IMG/VR virus record: IMGVR_UViG_3300028578_000003 | Location: 32,001-96,000 of that record | Reading direction: 5' to 3' (one strand) | From: a virus | Length of the DNA: 64,000 nucleotides | Shown here: piece by piece, positions 9,180-16,413 of the stretch | How positions within the stretch are numbered: the stretch's first letter is position 1 | Layout: the number at the start of each line of letters is the position of its first letter | Position numbers and translations under genes: made by a program | Notes under the pieces: generated by a model | What the model was told of the DNA's origin: nothing | Databases searched by the model: none | What the model saw: only the letters and a program-made list of their open reading frames with translations

Positions 9180-10641
9180 ACCTTCCGTGGTCGATCGGTC
9201 ATTAGCAGACCGCACCGTGCGCACTCCACTGCGCGCCCGGTCTGGAGAGCCAATGCGCCTTAGGTGCGCCGGCCGGTCGGTTACCCAACCGGCCGGCGCC
9301 CAAGAGATAGATGTCCCGTCACACTCGGAACACAGGTTCGCGTGTGTCCGGGGCGCTACACCCGGCTCACTACGCCACGCTAGGCAGGGACATACCTGAG
9401 AACACACCTCCGGCCCGGCGTCACTCGGGACGGTCGCCCTTACAGGCGTAGGTTCTGTGGCGATCATCGACCGACCCGCTCCCGCGAGTCCGCCTCGACA
9501 CGGGTGCCTTTGCACCCCCCGCTCCTAGGACGTGGTAAGCCCATCATCGGTAGTCGGTGGCTCCGGTCCGTGACCCTTACCGGCATCAGATGCCGGACCC
9601 TCGCACGGGACCATCCGAGCGCACTGTGCACGCTCCCGCCATGCCCCCCACCAGGCCCCGATACGGGCGGGTAGGGAACCGCTCTGGTGTTCAGAGCCCT
9701 AGCGCGCTAGGCGAGACGCACCCGCCTAGCAACATTTCCCCTGGCAATGTGTCAATGAGAGATACCACTCTTCCGCTCGCCTCACGGCGATCCGACAACC
9801 CTGCCTCACGGCGGGTACCTAAGCCACGCTAGTGGTCGCCCGAAGGCATGAAGGCGCGCGGTATCGGTCTCGCATAAGCGCCACCCTCCGCTGATCAGAT
9901 CAGCGGCTAGCTTGCATCCCGTGGTCTCTCGCGCCTAAAGCATGGTTGGCGTCGGCGCAGGCCATTCAATGGGGAATCACACTATTCACGTTTCAAGGAA
10001 CACCGGCCGGACACAGTCCGGGCAAGACTGCGCATACGCCCTTGCGTCGCGCTTTACGTCTCACGCACCGTCCCCGCAGAAAGCGCAGCCATCCCCTTGA
10101 CATCACACGGATGCCCGGATCGGAGGCACACTCGCCCGATTGGGTCTAGTGCCGGAGCTAGCAGCTGGTGATGTCAGCGCACGGGGAACCGCTGGCAGTC
10201 AGACTGCCCGCTATCCCTGGTGTGCACCCCGTCACCCCTATGGCTAGCGCGCCCGGTCAGACCGGGTGAGCGCCGCGCCATGCGGTCGGTTTGCTAGCCG
10301 TATTCGATTCACAAGTAACGGGTGCCCGGTCAGACCGGGCCGTGCCAACCCCGGTCAGACCGGGGGCCTAGCGTGTGCACCCGGTCAGACCGGGCCGTGC
10401 CTTACGTAAACAGCAAGGGGAGGAAAGCATCGGTCCTAGGGGTCGCCAGAAGGCTTCCCGTTCTTCAGCAATTACAGCGTGCCCCGGGTGTTACCGGAGG
10501 ATCTGCCTACCACTGCTTGTGCCGATTGCCGCGTACCCACCATGCCGCCTTGCGTGCAAGCGGCCCGACTGATAGCGATTCACGGATGGCCCATTTCAGA
10601 AACGGGATACCGTCCGCTTACTCGCCTGCCGTTCGCTTGCG
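9180..10641 (-). ncRNA. candidate ~1.4 kb structured non-coding RNA / 5' leader
   Basis: No credible ORF; lower GC; about a dozen CTAG; many hairpins whose GNRA loops and G-U pairs work only on the minus strand; downstream of two promoters. Confidence 0.6.
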
Positions 10642-10647
10642 AGTGCC

Positions 10648-10690
10648 ACTCTGCCGGTCCATTGGCCACTTGTCAAGTTACCCCAACTAC
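10648..10690 (-). promoter_or_regulatory. housekeeping-sigma promoter P2 with abutting operator
   Basis: GTAGTTGGGGTAAC-TTGACA-17 bp-CAGAGT. Confidence 0.7.
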
Positions 10691-10749
10691 TGCCATTGCT
10701 AAGGGGATCGCTTGGCTTCCTGGCTTGCCCTGCTCGGTGGAACGCAAGT

Positions 10750-10793
10750 AGCTTGCGCTCCGCCCAACCCCCTTGTCAAGTTACCCCGACTAC
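10750..10793 (-). promoter_or_regulatory. housekeeping-sigma promoter P1 with abutting operator
   Basis: GTAGTCGGGGTAAC-TTGACA-18 bp-CAAGCT. Confidence 0.65.
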
Positions 10794-10794
10794 A

Positions 10795-10810
10795 TGTGAC
10801 CCAGGTCACA
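10795..10810. promoter_or_regulatory. CRP/GlxR-type binding site
   Basis: TGTGA-CCCAGG-TCACA, a perfect TGTGA-N6-TCACA consensus. Confidence 0.6.
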
Positions 10811-11134
10811 ATCGCCCCCTTTTAATTGCTAAGAGGAATCGCGCGCAATGCGCACGCGCGGTTCCTTACTAAGCAAAGGGGGATCGATTCCTCTCGATGG
10901 ATCCAAGATCAACCCCCGGGGGTACCCCTCCCCCGTACCCCGGCGCGCGCGCCATCGGCGGGTTCGGGGCCTCGCGGTACGTACAGGTCCAAAACTCCTG
11001 AGCCTCCAAAGTTTCCGGGATGCGCGCGTCTGCGGCGTGTCTGCTGACCTGCGGATATAGGATCGCGACCGTGACCGCCGGGGTCGGGCGGCGGGAGGCC
11101 GCGCAGCCAAGATCACCCCCGGCCGCTGCCATGG

Positions 11135-11875
11135 ATGCTCCCCGTCACCACCTCTTCCCCGTACGCTCCCGGCATGCTCGATCCCCGCATACGCCAGCTC
11201 ACTTCCAAGGCAGACGCAGTCGCCGCCGCGCGTACGGTGACGACTCCGGACGAGATCGGACGGTTCGAGGAAATAGCGAGACAAACAGAGGCTGGTCGCG
11301 AATACCTAGCGTCGGGCGAATGGCTTTCCTATCGCGCGGTAATTGCCAGTCGTGGGGCCACCCCGACCAGCCGACCTAAGACACTCGCGGAGCTGGCTCG
11401 ATATCTGCAATACCGCGCCGACCAGGTCCCCGAAACCAGCGACCCGGCGGCGGCTCACCGCGACGCCTACCGGCTAGCCGCCTTCGAGGTCTCCGCGCTG
11501 GACATACAGCTCGCGAGCACGGTCACCTGGCCGGTCATGCACAGCGGCATGCGGTTCCCCGAGGCGCTACGCGCGGCCATGAGCGGTGCCCACATCGCCC
11601 GGGCTGGCTGGCCGGCGGGCTCGTACGTGTTGGTGCGGACCGGGTATCCGGCCGGGATCCCGATCAACGAGAACACCGCGGCGGCGACCGGGCTGCCTGT
11701 GGGGACGCCTGGGGTGTTCTTGCCGTACCTCGAGCGCTGCGACGCGAACGAGGCCGCCGCTGTCGCGCTCGGCGTGGCGGGAGAGTACGTGTTCCAGCCG
11801 TGGACGCCGGGCCAGGAGGACGTCTTCGGCGGCGACTGGCGGGCGATCAGTGGGAGGGCGGGGCTGCTGACCTAG
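11135..11875 (+). CDS. DUF2829 (Tad2-like) domain protein with N-terminal extension
   Basis: C-terminal MRFPEALRAAMSGAHIARAGW...FLPYL...PWTPGQEDVFGGDW matches the DUF2829 pattern; the start could be 11174. Confidence 0.75.
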   Translation: MLPVTTSSPYAPGMLDPRIRQLTSKADAVAAARTVTTPDEIGRFEEIARQTEAGREYLASGEWLSYRAVIASRGATPTSRPKTLAELARYLQYRADQVPETSDPAAAHRDAYRLAAFEVSALDIQLASTVTWPVMHSGMRFPEALRAAMSGAHIARAGWPAGSYVLVRTGYPAGIPINENTAAATGLPVGTPGVFLPYLERCDANEAAAVALGVAGEYVFQPWTPGQEDVFGGDWRAISGRAGLLT

Positions 11876-13022
11876 TCTGCGGCCCGTCGGTGTCCGGGTA
11901 CCAGCGGCGGTACTCGTCGACGTGCTCGGCGACGTGCCGTCGGCCGGCTTCAGTGAGTTGCACTCGAGGTACGGTCTTCGCCTCGCCCGGGTAGCGGCGC
12001 AGGTTGAGTGCCTGGACCACCTCGACCAGGCCGCCGCCTTTGCGGGCGGCGAGCCGCTCGACGGCCGCGGCACTGCCGGCGGTCTTCTCGGCGCCGTAGA
12101 GGCTGATCTGCCCGTCCGGGATGTCGAGCACCGCGGCGGGTACCTCGTCGTCGTACTGGGTGTAGTCGCGGGCGAGCAACTCGCGTTCCGGCGAGCGGCC
12201 GCGCTGCTCCAGATCGGTCAGCCACACGAGCAGCCGCCACTCGGTGACCTTCACCAAGTGCCGCGGCTTGCCCTGGTGGTCGACCAGGCCCTCGTGCGCC
12301 CCGTCGACGTCGTCCGGCTCGATCCCGGGCACGGCCGGGTACAGCTCGGCGTAGCAGCGGTGGTGCAGCTCGGCGTGCCGGCGGCCGCGGGCACTGGGCC
12401 GGTACCGGTACTTGCCGCCGGCCTGGAAATCCTCCATGAGCTCGCCGTCTTTGCGGTCGCGCAACCCCAGGAGCGCGTTCCACGTTGGCCCGTACTCGGG
12501 GCTGTCTTTGGGCAAATCCCAGCGGTCGGTGTCGGTGAGACAGCCCTGCTCGCCGGCGTTGTAGAGCCTGGCCAGCGCGCCCCAAAGCCACTCGGACAGC
12601 AGGCCCTCCGGCGCCTTCGCCGGGCGCGGCTCGTCGAGACCTGCCCGGGCGGCCGCCCGGCCGGCCGGGGTCAGCTTCACGAGTAGCACGTCAGCCATGC
12701 CAAATCCGACCTGCCGAAAGTCGCCCCGCTCCTCGATCAGGCCGCGCGTGCGCAGCACCTTAAGGGTCGACCCGGCGCCCGGATCCAGCTTCCCCTCATG
12801 CTTCAGTTGGGCCTGGATGCTGCTGTGATTTCCGGGGCCCTCGACGGCGTAGAGCTGCCACCGCCATTCGCTCGCCGGCGGGGGCTTCTCCCAGCGCTTG
12901 CGGGCCGCGGCGATTTCCTCTTCGGCGTCCTGGTCGAACTGGTAGATCACACGCAGGTACGCGCGTTGGCGTTCGTTCAGCTGCTCCCACGCGGTGCGGG
13001 CCTTGGCTGCTTGGGTTGGCAC
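11847..13022 (-). CDS. hypothetical protein with repeated winged-helix-like units
   Basis: Three segments ending LTPAGR / PSARGRRH / LTEAGRRH; GTG start inferred. Confidence 0.65.
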   Translation of the reverse strand: MPTQAAKARTAWEQLNERQRAYLRVIYQFDQDAEEEIAAARKRWEKPPPASEWRWQLYAVEGPGNHSSIQAQLKHEGKLDPGAGSTLKVLRTRGLIEERGDFRQVGFGMADVLLVKLTPAGRAAARAGLDEPRPAKAPEGLLSEWLWGALARLYNAGEQGCLTDTDRWDLPKDSPEYGPTWNALLGLRDRKDGELMEDFQAGGKYRYRPSARGRRHAELHHRCYAELYPAVPGIEPDDVDGAHEGLVDHQGKPRHLVKVTEWRLLVWLTDLEQRGRSPERELLARDYTQYDDEVPAAVLDIPDGQISLYGAEKTAGSAAAVERLAARKGGGLVEVVQALNLRRYPGEAKTVPRVQLTEAGRRHVAEHVDEYRRWYPDTDGPQTRSAAPPSH

Positions 13023-13203
13023 GGCGGCACAGTATCGCGTAGGTGTGACGGGATGTCGGTTCTGTCGATTCAGGGGTTGTGACCTGGGTGTCGTGTCCGG
13101 ATTGACACGAGTGCTTAGGCCGCCCATTATGTCCACATTGGCGGTCTCTGCCCTGCGACGGGTGGGCCGCTTTTCCGCGTACTGGCGGGGAGGTGAGCTA
13201 GAT

Positions 13204-13536
13204 GTGACCCAGGAGCGGGCCCGGCCGGCGTGGGCGGGATCGACGCGGCGTGACCGGCTGCCCCCGAACTGGGATGAGCTGCGGGCGGCGAAGGACGCGG
13301 AGAACCCTGAGCACGTCTGCCACCGCTGCGGGTTGCCGGGCGGGTCAGAGCTCGACCACCTGCTGGCCGGCGACGACCACCGGCTGGACAACCTCGACTG
13401 GATCCACAACCGGGCGGACTACCTCGCGGGGCGGTCGCGGGAGAACTGCCACGGGAAGAAGTCCGGGGCGGAGGGCGCGGCCGCGCTGGCGGCGATCCGC
13501 CGCAGGCCGCCAGATATCCATCCCGCGCTGCGGTGA
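13204..13536 (+). CDS. HNH endonuclease (packaging-associated)
   Basis: W.GSTRR.RLP.NW, CHRC, ELDH, DDHRLDNL, CHGKKS; SD GGAGG. Confidence 0.85.
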   Translation: MTQERARPAWAGSTRRDRLPPNWDELRAAKDAENPEHVCHRCGLPGGSELDHLLAGDDHRLDNLDWIHNRADYLAGRSRENCHGKKSGAEGAAALAAIRRRPPDIHPALR

Positions 13537-13814
13537 GGTCCCCCGTCTTCGAGTCTCCGGATGCGGATGTTGCCGGTATCCCAGACCACCCGGAGGCTGC
13601 GATGCCTGAGATGACAGACGACGACCTCGCCCGCTTCAAGGCCGCGGTGCGGCTGCGCGACCGCTGCGTCCGGTTGGCCGTGAAGCGGATGGACCACTGC
13701 GGCCAGCGGCCGGATCAGCAGGCGGCGCGTATCACGTACGACGCGATCGCCGAGGTTATCCGCGAGGACGAGCGTGAGCGGCTGCGCGCGGCCGGCCTGC
13801 TGCTGTCCGGCTAA
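13533..13814 (+). CDS. hypothetical protein
   Basis: GTGA overlap with HNH; start uncertain. Confidence 0.55.
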   Translation: MRSPVFESPDADVAGIPDHPEAAMPEMTDDDLARFKAAVRLRDRCVRLAVKRMDHCGQRPDQQAARITYDAIAEVIREDERERLRAAGLLLSG

Positions 13815-13860
13815 TTCGTTGTCCACGTGACAGCGCCGAGTAACGATTCGAGGAGTAGAG

Positions 13861-14514
13861 ATGTCCGAGGCTGCCCACCCGCAGCAAGGTGACCCGGCGG
13901 CCGCTGACGCGGACGCCCCGCTGGCCGTGAAGAACCCGTTCCCGACGTCGATGACGGTGCCGGGCCCGGACGGGCGGCAGGTGGCTGTGGAGCTCGCGAC
14001 GCTGGACGGGAACGTGTTCGCGCCGGGGCTGGACGCGCTGGGGCTGGAGCCGCATGTGCGGCAGTACGTCACCCAGTACTGCGCGATGTGGTCGGCGTCG
14101 GTGGTGACCACCGGGGCGCTGGCGCAGCGGTGGCCGATGCCGCCGCGGCGCGGGCAGCTGCAGTTCACGGCGAGTCAGCTGCACGCGATGCTGGCGTTGG
14201 CCGCGGACGAGCGGCTGGTGAGCGTGATCGCGGAGCCGTTGACGGGGAGCCTGCGGTTCGTGGTGGAGTCGCCGCGGCTGGCGCCTATGGGTGTCTGGAA
14301 TGTTGAGCCGCCGCCCATCGGTCTGCCGATCTCGGCGTGGTATGAGGGCCGTCAGGGTGACGGCGACCCCGGTGGTCTGGCCGCCGCGCATCGGCAGCTC
14401 GAGGCGCTCAGGGTGCGGGCCAAGGTGTCCGCGCAGGAGTGGGAGAACGCGATCGCGGAGGCGGAGCGGAAGCTCGCGCCGGCGGGCGGGTTCGTGCAGG
14501 GGGTCGGCGGATGA
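13861..14514 (+). CDS. hypothetical protein
   Basis: SD GAGGAG; 217 aa. Confidence 0.75.
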   Translation: MSEAAHPQQGDPAAADADAPLAVKNPFPTSMTVPGPDGRQVAVELATLDGNVFAPGLDALGLEPHVRQYVTQYCAMWSASVVTTGALAQRWPMPPRRGQLQFTASQLHAMLALAADERLVSVIAEPLTGSLRFVVESPRLAPMGVWNVEPPPIGLPISAWYEGRQGDGDPGGLAAAHRQLEALRVRAKVSAQEWENAIAEAERKLAPAGGFVQGVGG

Positions 14515-14747
14515 GCCGCGAGGACCTCGTGGCGATGGTGCCGGCGTGCCTGGCTTTGCCGTCGAGGTACACCGACGCGACGATCACCGTCGGGATTCAG
14601 GTCGACGCCGATGGCCTGGTGGTGTCCGCGCCGGCGCTGGCGCATCTGGTGTCGGTGCTGCCGGCCGGGAGTATCACGCTGGTGGAGCAGTTCTGTTCGA
14701 TGTGGTCGCAGTGGCTGGCTCGGAACCGTGAGGGGGTTCCGGCGTGA
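14511..14747 (+). CDS. hypothetical protein
   Basis: ATGA overlap. Confidence 0.65.
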   Translation: MSREDLVAMVPACLALPSRYTDATITVGIQVDADGLVVSAPALAHLVSVLPAGSITLVEQFCSMWSQWLARNREGVPA

Positions 14748-15064
14748 ATACGAGGCAGTCGGATTCGCGGGTGCCGGGCCGGCCGCCGCCGGCGTCGTTC
14801 GGGCGGGAGGGCGTTGATGGGCCGCCGTCGGAGGATTTCTCGATCCGGGGCGGTCAGGCGTTCCACCTGGTGTTGCACGTCGATGTGACGCCGTCGGTGG
14901 AGTCGCTGGACGCGTTGCGTCAGGCGGTCGCGGCGACCACTCGTCAGGGTGTGCTGGAGGGGTTCGCGGCCGCGTACGAGGAGATGGAAGCGGAGGTCGC
15001 TGCCGCGTCTGGGCCGGGCCCGGACGCTGCCGCGCCGGGCGAGCCGGCGAGCGGGTCGACGTGA
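14744..15064 (+). CDS. hypothetical protein
   Basis: GTGA overlap. Confidence 0.65.
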   Translation: MNTRQSDSRVPGRPPPASFGREGVDGPPSEDFSIRGGQAFHLVLHVDVTPSVESLDALRQAVAATTRQGVLEGFAAAYEEMEAEVAAASGPGPDAAAPGEPASGST

Positions 15065-15699
15065 CCACGGTCATCGGCATCGCCCGGCCGCACGGTGTGT
15101 GGATGTCGGCGGACACCGGCACCAACGTCTTCGACCGGCCGGTCGTCGGGTCGACGTGGAAGATTCGGCGGTTGCTTGACGGCGGGGGCAGTCCGGTCGC
15201 GCTGCTGGGTATCTCCGGGACGGCGGCCGCGATCTCGGTGCTGCGCAAGGCGTTCGCCGACGAGCCGGTCGACCAGCTCGGCGACGGTGACCCGGAGGAT
15301 TGGTCGTACGCGATCGCCTCCCGGATGACGAAGGCGATGGTTGAGGCCGGGCTGACCGACCACGACACCGGGCAGATGGACGGCACGATGCTGCTCGGCA
15401 CGCCTGGGCACATGTGGACGCTCGAACATCACCTGGCTATACGGATGCCCGACGGGATCGGGGCGGTCGGGTCCGGTGAGGCCGTGGCCATCGGCGCGCT
15501 TGACGTGTTGCTGGAGGATGACGTGCCGCTCAGTCAGGCCGTCTACCGCGCGGCCACGATCGCGATCAACCGGGACCAGTGGTCAAGGCTGCCGCTGCAG
15601 AACGATTTCCTGCCTGCCGCCGACTCGGCTCTGCGCGCCGCTGGCCTGACCATCCCCACGCCGGCCGCCGGCGACACTGCGTCCGGGTCGGCTCGCTAG
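15061..15699 (+). CDS. Ntn-hydrolase, HslV/proteasome beta-subunit-like peptidase
   Basis: N-terminal (M)TTVIGI, ADT, KI, GISG, AVGSG, A(A)TIAINRD. Confidence 0.75.
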   Translation: MTTVIGIARPHGVWMSADTGTNVFDRPVVGSTWKIRRLLDGGGSPVALLGISGTAAAISVLRKAFADEPVDQLGDGDPEDWSYAIASRMTKAMVEAGLTDHDTGQMDGTMLLGTPGHMWTLEHHLAIRMPDGIGAVGSGEAVAIGALDVLLEDDVPLSQAVYRAATIAINRDQWSRLPLQNDFLPAADSALRAAGLTIPTPAAGDTASGSAR

Positions 15700-15850
15700 C
15701 CGCCCGTTGTTCCTGCCGCGTGTCGCGCGGCGCTGAGGTCCGCCGCCCGTAATGGGCCGCGGGCCTTTTCTGGTCTTCCGGCCGCCAGTCCCGCAATGGG
15801 CCGTGCCGCCGGGCTTTTTTCACACCGATCCCGAAATGGGAGTGATCACC

Positions 15851-16393
15851 ATGTCCGGACCAGCGGCGCAGGAGCGCAAGCATGGCCGTACGCCGAACTC
15901 GGTCACGGCCGGGGATTGGCGTGAGTACGACGACGTGCCGTTCGACGGTGCGCCGGAGATGCCGAAGTTGCCGGGGCGTAAGAAGTGGCACCCGCTGGTG
16001 GAGGCGTGGTGGATGACCACGTCGACGTTGCCGCACGCGGTCAGCTGGCGCGACGACGACTGGCAAAAGGTGTTCGAACTGTTGTTCGAAAAGCAGCGGT
16101 ACTACACCGCGGCGACGCCGAAGGAGCAGACCACCGCGCAGCTGACGGAGATCCGGCGGCGGGAGGACGCTCTCGGTATCGGGCAGCAGGCGCGGATCGC
16201 GCTGCGGATCCGGTACAAGCAGAAGGTGGAGCCCGGCGCGGCCGGCGACGGGCCCGGCGGCGCGGTCGAGGTGGTAGACGACGGTTCGGTGAAGCCGGCC
16301 GGGCAGGTGATCCCGATGGCGGACCGCCGCAAGACGATCCTGAGTCGCGCGCCCGGCGGCGAGGACACCGAGACCGCGACCGGCTCCGGCTGA
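15851..16393 (+). CDS. terS: terminase small subunit
   Basis: MSGPA, WW...PHA..W...DW, EIRRREDALG...RLRI pattern; directly upstream of TerL. Confidence 0.8.
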   Translation: MSGPAAQERKHGRTPNSVTAGDWREYDDVPFDGAPEMPKLPGRKKWHPLVEAWWMTTSTLPHAVSWRDDDWQKVFELLFEKQRYYTAATPKEQTTAQLTEIRRREDALGIGQQARIALRIRYKQKVEPGAAGDGPGGAVEVVDDGSVKPAGQVIPMADRRKTILSRAPGGEDTETATGSG

Positions 16394-16413
16394 GCCCGGG
16401 CCGGTGAGCGGGG

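Noticed and set aside
10252-10401. Clustered CCCGGTCAGACCGGG repeats as a CRISPR array
   Set aside because: Repeats are only 15-17 bp with irregular spacing (roughly 10-60 bp); no cas genes.
9180-10641. Group I/II intron, rRNA fragment, tRNA cluster or linear-plasmid telomere
   Set aside because: No recognisable catalytic core or domain V, no interrupted gene, no cloverleafs seen, and the position is internal; a covariance search is still needed.
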